Origin: Octopus vulgaris
Taxonomy: Eukaryota
Length of the DNA stretch: 64,000 nucleotides
Assembly: GCA_951406725.2 (NCBI GenBank)
Contig: OX597818.1
Span: 51,584,001 to 51,648,000, forward strand
Direction of reading: 5' to 3'
The position numbers were made by a program, and so were the translations under genes. Below the pieces are notes generated by a model. The model worked only from the letters and a program-made list of their open reading frames with translations, did not search any database and was not told the origin of the DNA. Within the stretch, counting starts at the first letter, position 1, and every line of letters begins with the position of its first letter. Positions 22,912 through 35,452 of this stretch are shown in pieces.

Positions 22912-24360
22912 TTAAAACAAACGCTGTTCAATGTCAGGCATTTGATATTTGACTCGTGATTCTCTAAGCTTTAGATTATTGCGACCATAATATATGTTGT
23001 TCCACTTCCTGTTTAAGAGATGCGAGTTTATTTCACCCGTTGACATAGAATCACGTCCTGCGACAAAATCTGAAAAACTTGACCCACTTGAGTCACTCGT
23101 TGGCTTTGGACTATGAGCACCTCCACAAATTCCTGCGAAACCATCGTGAAGATCACGACTCCATCTCGAAGTGTCTCGGTCCCATGTTACAAAAGGACAT
23201 ACTTGATGTTGAAATTTTCGAGGATCAACTATTGTATCCGGCCCAGCGCTCGAAATGCGATGGAGATGAATTGATGCTTCTGGTGGTGATGGGCTGCTGC
23301 TACCAGGACTTGGAAACCTATATCGTGACGTTGTGTTTCGCCCAGAGTTCGAAGGGCTGTGAAGACGAAATGATGTTTCTTGGGCCCAACGTAATCGAGC
23401 AAGTTCTAGAGAATCTCGTAACTGGTTAAATCGCTGTGAATTAGATTGGCATGGCGGTAAAGGTGAATTCAGATCTGTTGAATTATTTGTATTCCGTGAA
23501 TACGAAGAGGTTCGACGTTTCACAGGCGCTGAAACCTTGCTCTCAGAAGTTCTTCTCAGTGTACACATTGTTTTTCTTTCAGATGAGTTATATATCCTGC
23601 CTTCCGACGAAGTTTTATATCTTCGTGACGATGTACGTGGAGGGTATAGTTTAGATACATTGAGGCGGGGTTTTTCTTGTGTTATGAAATTTTGGTACTC
23701 TTCAAAAGTTTTTCTGTTTGACGAAATTTCATCACCATTATTTTCCTTCTTAGAATATTTGAGAGCACAAAGCAATGAGTGAGGTAAATTAGTTACCCTA
23801 TTTCGAATAATTTCTGTGGGATGTAGGTTTATTCTTGGTGTCGAACATCCTTTTTTTCCTTTCGTCATGCATTTTTTATTCGTTGGAAAATTATCCTCGT
23901 CTGTCTTTGGTACAGATTTATCTTGTTCTACGATTCCGTTGTTCGATTTAACACCCTCTTCTCTATTCGAAGTCTTACATTTCCGTCTGTTGTTTTCATT
24001 CACGCCCTTATCGTCTGCTACTTCACACATACGACATATCTCTGTTTTCTCGTCTTTTGAGTTGTTATCTTTCGCTGAGCAATTTTCACCATCATTGTTT
24101 AATTGTTTCTTGTTTTGACTTTTCTCGACTCTTATTTCAATCGTTTCCATCACACCATCAGCTTCATTCTCAATTGTATTTTCACGATCGTTATCTTGAG
24201 AACCAATATGTCCAATATTATCTTCTGTAAAATCGCTGCATTTGTTCAGTCCTGTAGTTTTGCATAGATCGTCTGGATATTGTGAATGATCAGCCATTTT
24301 TTCAGTTTGGGAACAGAGGTGTTCATAACTCGAAAAACTATCATTCTCTGTGAAATTCAT
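22912..24360 (-). CDS. Intronless orphan gene paralog with a single copy of the C-terminal module
   Basis: Open frame (track ORF 22912-24369 begins at GTG; first ATG at 24360; shared MADHSQY ATG at 24297). The N-terminal ~300 aa are closely similar to the 927-aa ORF. AATAAA at 22892-22897 follows the stop. Confidence 0.75.
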   Translation of the reverse strand: MNFTENDSFSSYEHLCSQTEKMADHSQYPDDLCKTTGLNKCSDFTEDNIGHIGSQDNDRENTIENEADGVMETIEIRVEKSQNKKQLNNDGENCSAKDNNSKDEKTEICRMCEVADDKGVNENNRRKCKTSNREEGVKSNNGIVEQDKSVPKTDEDNFPTNKKCMTKGKKGCSTPRINLHPTEIIRNRVTNLPHSLLCALKYSKKENNGDEISSNRKTFEEYQNFITQEKPRLNVSKLYPPRTSSRRYKTSSEGRIYNSSERKTMCTLRRTSESKVSAPVKRRTSSYSRNTNNSTDLNSPLPPCQSNSQRFNQLRDSLELARLRWAQETSFRLHSPSNSGRNTTSRYRFPSPGSSSPSPPEASIHLHRISSAGPDTIVDPRKFQHQVCPFVTWDRDTSRWSRDLHDGFAGICGGAHSPKPTSDSSGSSFSDFVAGRDSMSTGEINSHLLNRKWNNIYYGRNNLKLRESRVKYQMPDIEQRLF

Positions 24361-24509
24361 GCTGGTCACTTCAGATTGACTGTCAATGGATAGAAATCAC
24401 TCTGATTTATTGTTTTATTTTCAACTGTGACGTCACCAATGAATGTGACAGTCATTCGCGCTGTAGTAATAGTGGTAGCAGTAATATCGTCGCTATCACT
24501 TTACTATTA

Positions 24510-25100
24510 TGTGTTTTTTTTTTAATAAAAAAGGAAAACATGACTTATGCTAAAACGAAAAGGGGAAAAAGGCAGGTTCCAAATTTTGAACCCGGCAGCC
24601 TAAAAGGCCCAGCAACTAATTTTACCTTTCTTCGATGATTAAGCTGGGCTACTCGCACCCACCTTTTTCATCACTTCCTTCCATCGTTTCACATACTCTT
24701 TCTGTGGCAGGTTCCTCTTCTCCAACCCCATCTTGCTCTTCAGATGATATCTGAAGTAGTTTAACAAACCGGGGCCAGAGACGAAGGATCCTGTTACAAA
24801 ACCTTCCATTCTGGTTCTCCACACACACACACTTTCAGTACTGCCACCGTACAGTAAAAACAAGCCTCACCTTCCTTGGAGAGTCCAGTTGGCGGTATCA
24901 TCTTTATCATAGATCCAGCCGACAGCTGTACTCGTCCCAGCCAATGATTCGCTTAAAGCCAAAAGTAAGCCAAGTTTTCATTTATGTCATATTACAACTA
25001 CATTTTTAAGTCTCATTCGAACTCATATAACATTCTTTGTATTTGTCTGTCTTGTTATGTCCATATCTATGTAAGATCGCATGATTGTAATAAAGATTTT
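24510..25100 (-). mobile_element. Tx1/L1-like LINE 3' fragment inserted upstream of gene copy 2
   Basis: CVWRTRMEG...LLNYFRYHLK resembles the C-terminus of ORF 31945-32601. Flanked by GCTATCACTTTACTATT / GCTATCGCTTTACTATT. Confidence 0.6.
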
Positions 25101-25254
25101 GCTATCGCTTTACTATTGTTGCTAATATGAATATTATGTTATACATACAATAACTGCTAATGGCAAAATCAGTGACACAATAAACAAAATGTTTAGCTGT
25201 TTTTAGTTACGTATATTTCCGTTCTGTGCTCAAACATCCTGAGATTGGTTAAAT

Positions 25255-25642
25255 GGAGTGGAAGCACTCTGTCGGTTACGACGACGAGGGTTCCGGTTGA
25301 TCGGAATCAACGGAACAGCTTGCTCGTGAAATTAACGTGCAAGTGGCTGAGCACTCCACAGACACGTGTACCCTTAACGTAGTTCTCGGGGATATTCAGC
25401 GTGACACACAGAGTGACAAGGCCGGCCCTTTGAAGTACAGGTACAACAGAAACAGGAAGTAAGAGTGAGAGAAAGTTGTGGTGAAAGAGTACAGCAGGGA
25501 TCACTACCATCCCTGCCGGAGCCTCGTGGAGCTTTTAGGTGTTTTCGCTCAATAAACACTCACAACGCCCGGTCTGGGAATCGAAACCGCGATCCTATGA
25601 CCGCGAGTCCGCTGCCCTAACCACTGGGCCATTGCGCCTCCA
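25255..25642 (-). mobile_element. Full-length SINE family C
   Basis: Reverse complement of the family C head. Flanked by GATTGGTTAAA / GATTGGTAAAA (TSD-like). Confidence 0.87.
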
Positions 25643-25899
25643 CGATTGGTAAAATAAGCACTAATCAAATACTGAAATAGATGTTAATCAACTGGTTAAC
25701 GGCAGCATGAACAAATATCAGCCAAGAGACTGTCTCTGGATGAACTTTGAAATGATGTTGAAGTCAGAAAAATATAAGGTCAATATTGATAACTGCCAGT
25801 AAAAGGCTTCTAACAAAGAATTGAAGAATCGCAAGGAAGTCTGTGTTTCGTACTACGCTGAAGGATTACGAATGATAAGCGGAATAATTCAATTCAATT

Positions 25900-26115
25900 T
25901 TTATTGGCTCAAAAAGCAAAATCAAGACCATGTAGGGGAACAGGGAGTTATGTACAGAGAGGGTGGTCATACAGAGAGTTCAGACCATTTCTGGTCAAGA
26001 GAGACTTTGAACCGAGCGGTCGTCGGCATCTTCACTATCTCGTCCGGCAGCTTATTCCACGGATCCGCAACCCGGACGGAGAAAGCCCATCTCCTTCGAT
26101 TGAGATGAATATTCG
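25900..26115 (-). mobile_element. CR1-like LINE 3' end
   Basis: HLNRRRWAFSVRVADPWNKLPDEIV; same family as 43870-44510. Confidence 0.85.
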
Positions 26116-27444
26116 TTGACCAAGTGGTTTTGGTGAGTTTGTAACTCAACATCTAGGAAGATAAATTCGTGTAGACATACTTTTGTGGCTTGACCAATGT
26201 CCTGTTAAATTACGTGGAGCCTGGATATGAACTGAAGTCTCATGCCAAACAGTCGCCGATTTCTCTAGGAAATGAGCGGAGAGAAAACTCTCTCTGAGTG
26301 TTCGAATGGAGTTGTAGATATCTAGAAAACTTCGATGGTTTAGAAATTCTTTACCATTTGGTTATGTAACTTGTTTAAGACAGCTGCTGTTTTAGTCCTG
26401 TAATTGCTACTTAGCGGGATCTCAGTATAATATACCGTATTTTGCGGAATATAAGACGCGCTTTTTTCTCAAAATTTGACCTCAAAATCACTGTGCGTCC
26501 TGCATGGTGAAGGTCAGTTTTGAGGTCCAGCTTTGGACCTTGGCACCCCCCTTGTTTAATAATACAAACAACTCAGACAACTTCCAAATGAATATAATGG
26601 TATATTAAGCTGTACACGATGTGTACAGGACCTTGTTCATACTACATTTACTCATTCCATATCCCAGCATCCCGTAATTATCAGTACTGCGGTTCATGGT
26701 TCTCCGTGGCGCTTTGTCGAATTATGTTCATTTCCTGCTTAATCTCAGCGCTACACATTTTAACTTTTCTACTTCCCTAAACATTGTGGCTTTATTCACA
26801 ATTAACACTGGTGGCAATACTATGAGTAAAATGGCCTCATAATACCGCAATCAAAGTTTGCCTACTGTAACATGAACTTACCATCTTTGCTTACCAAGCC
26901 AAAACAATGGAAGTGGCGCCGCCACTCGAGCGGCTTAGAAACTAACATACACCATTGGCGCGGATTTTAAACACACCTTCAGTGCTCACGTCTGTACTGA
27001 AAACCAGACATTTTTCCGATTGATAATTTTTGAAACTATCAGAATGCCATAACAGGTTAAACATAGAATGTTCCATAAGTGACTGTGATAATTCGTTAAC
27101 TAATAGCTGTGGTGGGGGCAAACCACATGCTGTCATCGGTGTTTATAGATTTCCAACCAGTAACTATTGTTATATTTCCTGTATCAACAAGTGTTTGAAC
27201 TCAGAACGTAACGGCAGACGAAATACGGCTAAGCATTTCGCCCGACGTGCTAACGGTTCTGCCAGCTCGCCGCCTTATAATGGGGCAAAATATTACCATT
27301 CAGTGAAGTGAACAACAGGAACTGACACACAACACGAACTATTGGCCCCTTGTGGGCAATAAAGAAATCGAACTGACACCAACAGGCCGTATGAAGAGGC
27401 CTACATCGTATAAATAAAACAAATCTTTAATGAAGCACAAAATA

Positions 27445-28010
27445 TTGGGTTGTCCGGAAAGTTCGTGCCGATTTTTAAAGGAAAGAAAAAGGTCAAAAAA
27501 TACTTGCCATTACATTTTTAATCAACCAAATATAAACCATTTTGTTGCACAATGCGTCTCCATCTTTCCTTTGACTTGAAAATACCCTCTTCCCAGAATT
27601 GAGGTGGTTTCATGGCAAAGAATTCATCAAGGTATCTTTTTACGTCATTCAAGGAATTGAAATTTTTACCATTAAGACTATTCTGCAGAGACCTGAGTAA
27701 GTGGAAATCTGAAGGAGCAATATCTGGTGAATATGGAGGGTGAGGTAACACATCCCAGCCGAGCTGCAGCAATTTTTGTCTGGTTCCCAAAGCATCAAGT
27801 GCCGAAAAAGAACTTTCTTATCTTCCATTTTAAAGGGTTACAGAATTAACACAGGTTATAGGAACATAAACCTTCTTCCACGAAAAGATAGCTTAAACTG
27901 TGCTCTAAATGGAGGTGTAGTCAAATCATATTTTATGGACTCAACCATGTTCTAAAATAAGTCGAAAGGTAAGCTACTATAAATCGGCACGAACCTTCCG
28001 GACAACCCAA
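27445..28010 (-). mobile_element. Internally deleted non-autonomous mariner
   Basis: TIRs TTGGGTTGTCCGGAAAGTTCGTGCCGATTT / AAATCGGCACGAACCTTCCGGACAACCCAA with TA TSD. Retains the C-terminal HPPYSPDIAPSDFHL. Confidence 0.93.
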
Positions 28011-28256
28011 TACTTCAATTCTATCTAACACTTAAACAAACAACGGAACAATTGTCTCTCCGTTATAACCACCACGCGGACATTGTTTTGGTAATACCGA
28101 CCGAGTCTGACACCGACAAAACATATGCGCAGTTGAAGTGAGCAGCCGGCCAAAATCAATGACATCACCAGTTTAAGCACGGACCTGCTCGGGGTAGCAC
28201 ATTGCTATTCTCAATCTATTCAATCAGAATTACAGTAAATATCAGTAACATATATG

Positions 28257-29362
28257 TTTCTTTATTACCCACAAGGGGCTAAACATAGAGGAGACAAACA
28301 AGGACAGACAAACGGATTAAGTCGATTACATCGACCTCAGTGTGTAACTGGTACTTAATTTATCGACCCCGAAAGGATGAAAGGCAAAGTCGACCTCGGC
28401 GGAATTTGAACTCAGAACGTAACGGCAGACGAAATACGGCTACGCATTTCACCCGGCGTGCTAACGGTTCTGCCAGCTCGCCGCCTTAATATCAGTAACA
28501 TATATCAGTAACATATAATGGGGCAAATATTACCTATTTCTTTACTACCCACAAGGGGCTAAACACAGAGAGGACAAAGAAAGACAGACAAATGGATTAA
28601 GTCGATTATATCGACCCCACTGCGTAACTGGTACTCATTTAATCGACCCCGAAAGGATGAAAGTCAAAGTCGACCTCGGCGGAATTTGAACTCAGAACGT
28701 AAAGACAGACGAAATACCGCTAAGCATTTCGCCCGGCGTGCTAACGTTTCTGCCAGCTCGCCGCCTTAATATCAGTAACTGACACGCAACACGAACTGTT
28801 GGCCCCTTGTGGGGAATAAAGAAATCGAACTGACACCAACAGGCCGTATGAAGAGGCCTACATTTTCCCAGAGTATAAGATGGCCTTCAGGTTGTGTGTA
28901 CCTTACCTTCTTAAAGTGACAGTCACCCATTCTTTTCTACTCTAGGCACAAGGCTCGAAATTTTTTGGGAGTGGGGCAATCGATTAGATCGACCCTAGTA
29001 CGCAACTGGTACATAATTTATCTACCCTGAAAAAATGAAAGGCAAAGTCGACTTCGGCGGAATTTGAACTCAGAATGTAAAGACAGACGAAATACTGCTA
29101 AGCATTTTGCCCGGCGTGCAAACGTTTCTTATATCTTTACTGCCCACAAGGGGCTAAACACAGAGAGGACAAACAAGGACAGACAAACAGATTAAGTCGA
29201 TTATATCGACCCCAGTGCGTAACTGGTACTTATTTAATCGACCCCGAAAGGATGAAAGGCAAAGTCGACCTGGGCGGAATTTGAACTCAGAACGTAACTG
29301 CAGACGAAATACGGTTACGCATTTCGTCCAGCGTGCTAACGTTTCTGCCAGCCCGCCGCCTT
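28257..29362 (-). mobile_element. Cluster of family B SINEs (28257-28487, 28535-28767, dimer 28932-29362)
   Basis: Family B consensus. Long TSDs such as AATATCAGTAACATATAT and AGTGACAG(T/C)CACCCATT. Confidence 0.87.
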
Positions 29363-29556
29363 AGTGACAGCCACCCATTGAAAAGTGAGTATGTGTGTGA
29401 GTGTGTGTGTGCACGCGCGTGTGAGTGCGTGCACGTGTGTGTGTGTGTGTGTGCGTGCGCGCGTATGTACGTGCGTATGTGTGTGTATGAGCGAGTATAT
29501 GTATACAGTCATGGATGATTCTTGTAAGAAACTATATATATATATATATATAAGAT

Positions 29557-29995
29557 AGATTTCTTCATTGGCCACGCAGGGCTGAACACAGAAGGGACAA
29601 AATACAAAGTAGAGCTTTTCTTTTTGGGAAGATGAGATGGGAAAAAAAAGGGTCGGATTCCGATCAAAAGGGATCGTGAAAAAGAAGTGGGGACGATTAA
29701 TAGAGATCGTGTATCACATAAGATAGAATTATCCATGAAAACACAGTCGCACACTTTGCTACGAGACTCCCTGTCTTTGAGACTTTCCTGAATCTAAGAC
29801 AATTAGTAAAAGTTTGAAGGGAGAATAAAATTTGTAATGAAAAAAGAAAATTTGCGAAACGGTGAAAAAGATAAGAAAAGCAAATCAAAGATAACGATAA
29901 ACCAGATAACTAGAAACTTGAGACTTTTCCTTACTGCCAAACTGTCTGCTACCCCATGAAAATAAATGAGAAGCTTGAAAGGAAAGGTCATCTAA
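29557..29995 (-). mobile_element. 3' UTR fragment of a Tx1/L1-like LINE
   Basis: Reverse complement ends AAGCTCTACTTTGTATTTTGTCCCTTCTGTGTTCAGCCCTGCGTGGCCAATGAAGAAAT, homologous to 1325-1385. Confidence 0.55.
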
Positions 29996-31048
29996 TGTAG
30001 CGGTTTTCAAGTTGGGCCCATACTGTCTCTAAAGGTCCGTATAAGATTTTTAGGGATCCACATAATAAAATAGTAAATTGAGGATCTACAATTGAATTTT
30101 AAAGGTCCCTGAAAAAATTTTGCTTTAGATCTATGTATTGGCATATACTGCAAGAAATAGCTAGGTTTCTTTCTCTAACATTTTACATAGTTTAACCTAA
30201 TACGTGGAAAACAAAAGCGAAGAGCATCTTCAGAAATCAAAGAAGATGAAAATGTCAATGATTCAGAAACATTCACAGATAGCAGGGACCTGTTTGACGG
30301 ATTCAAATTAACCGCATACTCTATACTGCATCAGTATCACTGGTGAAGCTGTAAATTCTTGGACACCCAAATAATCAGGAAAATTTTCTTAAAATATCGT
30401 AAAACGTGGCAGATACCCTTCGCAACACGTGCATTCAAGTCAGATGTTGGGGGAGAATATAGCTGCTTTGCTTGATAATACTTTTAAAAATATGGAGAAA
30501 TTCTTTGTCTTTTTTTCCATTTTAGATGAAACAGATTATTTTCTGGCAAAGAAAGCCATCCCGCACTTTCATCTCCCTGGAACCAACTTGCATGGACAGA
30601 CCAGAGTGGCCTCCGCAGGTGGCTGCTCTGCTACTGGAAAAAGAGGATTTATTTCACACATCAGACTCCTTCCCAAAGGAGGGTTATAGATTACTTTCTT
30701 GGTACCCCGACTAGCGGATGCAGGGATGCCTGCAGGTCCCAAGAGAATTAATCGGGGACTTGAGATGAGAGGTTCATCGCCTCAATATGTGTCTTATTAT
30801 GTTTTAAATTGTAATGGATTTCTTAGTCCAAAAAATTGTAAAATATTGTAAATTGTAAGAGGGTTATTAACTCATTCAGTGTTTTTCAAAAGAACAATGT
30901 TTTAGAGAAGCAAAAGTCGTCGGGCGCTTTTTGTCTTCTCCCATTATTATCATCCTTGTATCATTATCATTCACCTCATTAATGTCCTTGTCCAGCCCGC
31001 AGGCTACATTACTCTATGTACTGCCTTTGTGGCAAATTCAATAAAATA

Positions 31049-31082
<34 letters not shown>

Positions 31083-31084
31083 TT

Positions 31085-31141
<57 letters not shown>

Positions 31142-31698
31142 GAGGAGGAGGAGGAGGAGGAGGAGGAGGACAAGAAGAAGAAGAGGAGAAGGAGGCCACA
31201 AAAGATCGTTTAACAGTAATACAAGAAACACTTTGAAGTGTGATAATTTATCATTCAGAAATACCAGAACCAGTGAGAAAAATATCGGAAATATATCTGC
31301 CTATCACTTGGACATTAAACTAATAGGACTGGATGACAATGGAAAATTTCATAGTGGACATTATATCATACTTTTATGCAGCAGTGCGAAGATATTGTGA
31401 AAATCATGACCATGAGCATAAAACTGTTGGTGTTTAATAATGCACATGGCCACTGCTAGATTTTCCCTTCAACCTTCTGATCTGTATTCTTGTAGAGATA
31501 ATTTGCGTATTATCAACGCATGAATCAAGGCCTGTTACCTTTGCGAGCTTCGCGAACAGTTTATTAAAGAAACAGATGACCAGGAGTAGTGGGAAAACAT
31601 TACTATATCTAAAAAGATCATAGATAATATAACAGACCGAGACAAGCGACTAAGAACTGCATGATTAGAGTTTAGAAATCTTGGTCAAAACCATCCAA

Positions 31699-32603
31699 TT
31701 TCTTTATTAGCCACAAGGGCCCAAACATAGAGGGGGGGGAGCAATACAGCGTGATTGGGGTGAGACACACAATGATTATATGGCTTTTAAAATTTTACAA
31801 AATATAATGGAATCGAATGAAATCGAATGAGATACAGCAAGGACGAAATACAAACATGAAATGAAGCAGAGAGATGGCTTACGCTCCGACCCCCACGGGC
31901 CCCTTTCTCCTACGGAAACTTTTGTGTGCAGACTTATGACATGTTCACGAGGAATCTTTCATTCCCAGCACCCTCGCAACATTCAACCATCTTTCTTTGA
32001 ACATTTTCTTTGACAGGCATCTTCTCTCCAGCCTCACCTTCCTTTTAAGGTGGAAGATAAAATATCTCACCAACCCGAGACCGGAGATGAGGTTGCCTGT
32101 CGCCAAACCTTTCATTCGCGACTTCCATACCACCTCTTTCGCTATTGCTACTACTGCGAGAAAACATTGCTTACCTTCTTTCGTGAGGAAATCCGGCGGG
32201 TCAATTTTTACGATTGACTCAGACGACAGCTGTACTCTTCCCGAACCTAACAGCAGATGTTCTGCATAAGCCCACACTTCAGACACTCCCGGACACTGAA
32301 CAATAGCGTGCAGAACGGTTTCCCTATCCCGCCCGCATCTTGGACAGTCGGCAGTGGTAGTTCGACCGTGTCGTGCGAGCTTATCCCGAACGGGTAAGGC
32401 TCCTCGGTAACATTGCCAGGCCAGGGATGTTTGGAAATTATCCAAACAGCCCGGCCCGAACGTCCGTCGGAACAGACTGTCTAACTGGTTATCTCCGAGA
32501 CCTAGGGTCTTCTCTAGAGTATCGCCGTTCCCAGCCTTTACCAACCTGCTATAGAAAAAATGTGGTGGTACCAAAACCGCTAGCATCACCCAACCATCCA
32601 TGA
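31699..32603 (-). mobile_element. 5'-truncated Tx1/L1-clade LINE with zinc-knuckle C-terminus
   Basis: ORF 31945-32601 has AWQCYRGALPV...CPRCG..RETVLHAIVQCP...KEVVWKSR. The 3' UTR ends GCCCTTGTGGCTAATAAAGAAA. Possible TSD AACCATCCA. Confidence 0.85.
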
Positions 32604-33299
32604 CTTTTTGGAAACCTACGATGAGATTGTACCAGCATCCATCAATGGCGTCATTCAGTTGGCCAATGGAGGAAGAATGTAAAATGTTAATGCGTCCATT
32701 AAGGGAGACATTAACAGACTTTCATGGTTTGTTTTGTTTTGTTTGTTCCTTCTCGAGCCATGGCTGGCTCATAGGTTCCCCACCTGAACAGGACGCCGGT
32801 CCGTCGCAGGTGAGTTGCAAGATGCAGGAGGAAAGAGTGAGAGAAAGTTGTGGCGAAAGAGTCAGCAGAAGTTCGCCATTACCTTTTGCCGGAGCCGTGT
32901 GGACTGTTTTCGTCTTTGAACGGAATTCTTTTGGGAATTTTATGACCGACTTTGTTAGGTTTTAAAGTTTTCCTTTTGTTCTCTGTTCTTGTTTGAAGCT
33001 AGTTTTCTTATGCAATATTTTTCACCTCGATTTTTAAACATTTTATAAACTCGAGTGTACCATTGAAAAACAGAGGAGACATTGCCATTCCCCGCCTCCC
33101 TTTTAGCAACTCCATTATCGCCCTATTTTTCTTCAACGCCTCCCTGGTTCTCTCTACCACCACAGGGTTGCGGTTCCGTTCACTTTGGGATCCACTGGTG
33201 TAGAATTTCAGTGAAATTCTATTGGGACATAATAAATAACAAATTTCATTTCAAAACATTTCTACTTATTACGTACATACGTCCTACAGAAATGCAGGT

Positions 33300-33372
33300 G
33301 GGGAATTAGCTCAAGTGGTAGAGCGCTTGCTTAGCATGCGAGAGGTACCGGGATCGATACCCGGATTCTCCA
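33300..33372 (+). tRNA. tRNA-Ala(AGC)
   Basis: 73-nt cloverleaf GGGGAATTAGCTCAAGTGGTAGAGC...TTAGCAT...GGATCGATACCCGGATTCTCCA with the G3:U70 Ala determinant, followed by TTTT. Confidence 0.93.
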
Positions 33373-33782
33373 TTTTGTCTAACATTGTTTTGGTTTTTGA
33401 TGAGATTGTTCATTAATGTGTTTTCAGTTCGATTTTTAAACATTATTGCCAAAAAAAATAGAGGGGTCATTGCCATCCATCGCCCTCTTTTAGGAACAGC
33501 ATTATCGCCACATTTTTCTTCAACGCCTCCCTGGCTCTCTACCATCGCAAGGGTGCGGTTCTGTCCACTTCGGGAACCAATGGTGTAGACTTTCAGTGAA
33601 ATTCCATTGGGGTATAACAAATAAACAAATTTAAGTTCAAAACATTTGTACTTATTACGCACCTACGTACCATATTTTCAATAAAATTGGAAACAATACT
33701 ATGTTGACCTATGATTCTGTCACAAATTGCTATTATGGTGTTAATTTCATTTATCATTATTTCTGCTTTTATCGTTGCGAGT

Positions 33783-33855
33783 GGTGATTTAGCTGAAGTG
33801 GTAGATCGCTTGCTTAGCATGCGAGGGGTACCAGGATCGAAACCCAGATTCTTCA
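33783..33855 (+). pseudogene. tRNA-Ala(AGC) pseudogene
   Basis: Same body with multiple stem-breaking substitutions in the acceptor, D and T arms. Confidence 0.85.
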
Positions 33856-34010
33856 TTTCTCTCTTATATTTTTTAGCTTGTTGATGGATTGTTCATTTAT
33901 GTGTTAATGTATTTTGGTGTGTTGAAATCGCGTTAGAACTTGAAATGTCTTTTCTTTTTGAGTACGTGACAAATTGATCAATACTGCTCTTTTTTTTTTA
34001 TATATTTGTA

Positions 34011-34383
34011 TCTCTCTATATATAAACGGCAGTTTGTCTGTGTGTGTTTCTGTGTGTCTGTTTGCTTGTACCCTCACCCTGACCACGGCTTTCAACCGAT
34101 TCTGATGAAACTTGACACACACATAGCCCAATGTCATAATTCAAAACTAACGCAGCGAAAATTTTGAAAAGTTCCCCCACTTCTGAAAAAAATCGATAAA
34201 TTCGACATGGGGTCGAGAATCAGAAACACAAACCACAGACTGTCTAGGGGACGCAACTCGACCTTTTTAACTAAAAAAAAAAATTTACCGTCATTTTTTT
34301 CCCATTTTTTGGCTATAACTCTCTAAAAATGCTTTATAGTTATTCCCCTTACAAACCCGAGCAACGCCGGGCGATACTGCTAG
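34011..34383 (+). mobile_element. Non-autonomous Helitron, copy 3
   Basis: A|TCTCTCTATA...CCCGAGCAACGCCGGGCGATACTGCTAG|T. Confidence 0.9.
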
Positions 34384-34519
34384 TATATGTATAATACGAA
34401 GCTTGAAATGGGTTAATCATCTGAATTTATTCATTTGCTTCAAATAATGCATAAAAGAATTTTCGGAAGTACTCTACAAGCCTGCAGATGTGTAGATCAC
34501 GTGATGACATATCACTGTC

Positions 34520-34755
34520 CTATTTCTTTACTACCCGCAAGGGGCTAAACACAGAGAGGGGACAAACAAGGAGAGATAAACGGATTAAGTCGATTATATC
34601 GACCCCAGTGCGTAACTGGTACTTAATTTATCGACCCCGAAAGGATGAAAGGCAAAGTCGACTTCGGCGGAATTTGAACTCAGAACGTAACGGCAGACGA
34701 AATACGGCTACGCATTTCGCCCGGCGTGCTAACGTTTCTGCCAGCTCACCGCTTT
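34520..34755 (-). mobile_element. SINE family B
   Basis: Consensus match. TSD-like TGATGAC(A/G)TATCACTGTC on both sides. Confidence 0.87.
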
Positions 34756-34976
34756 CAATGATGACGTATCACTGTCATCGTTGTAGACGTCGTAGGTAGA
34801 CAATATCACAGTAAAATTTCGTTACGCAAATATCCAACACATTATCTTCACTCTGCTTCGTTGTGTGACATCATTAATTTATAACCATTTCCTTACATAT
34901 ATGTAAGACAAAGTAATTATTTTCCTTTCATATGATATGTTTGGCCAAATTCGTATAATTCCCCAATATAAGGTAC

Positions 34977-35400
34977 GGGATCTTTTCGGTTTGAACGGCA
35001 GTTTTTTCTAGCAGTGTCATATGAAATTGTCACCCATAATTATGACCCTAGTATCGATCTATTGCTTTTCAATCTGTTTTAGGGTTAGGGTTAGGGGTGG
35101 GGGAAAGTGTATCTTTTTTTCTTCACAAATGTAAATAAACCCAATCTGTTTCTTAAACCAGGGACATATTCATACGGCACAGAATGTTTTTTTTTAACTC
35201 AATAGACGTCAGTGATTGGTTGAAATTGCAGAAATTGAAGAAAAAAAAACAACAAATATCTTACAAACTATAGAATTTTCTCAATAAAGCCAAGAGAAAA
35301 AGATGTTTTATAAACACATTCTACCAGTATACGAAGTTTAAAAGTGTTTAGTTGCGTGGAAATTATTTTAAAAAACTGCCGGTCAAACCGAAAAGATCCG
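34977..35400. mobile_element. MITE with ~30-bp TIRs, 6-bp TSD and internal (TTAGGG)3
   Basis: GGATCTTTTCGGTTTGAACGGCAGTTTTT / AAAAACTGCCGGTCAAACCGAAAAGATCC, with AGGTAC on both sides. Confidence 0.85.
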
Positions 35401-35452
35401 AGGTACGTTCTCTGGCTCTTTGATTAGTGATTATAGCGCCAGAGGTCAACCT

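Larger units (their letters stand above)
21675..25690. repeat. Segmental duplication copy 2
   Basis: See copy 1. Carries private insertions at 24510-25100 and 25255-25642. Confidence 0.9.

Noticed and set aside
27270-28865. Short duplicated segment (...GAACTGACACCAACAGGCCGTATGAAGAGGCCTACAT) at ~27370 and ~28825
   Set aside because: Appears to be a small local duplication entangled with SINE B tails. No coding or RNA structure supported.
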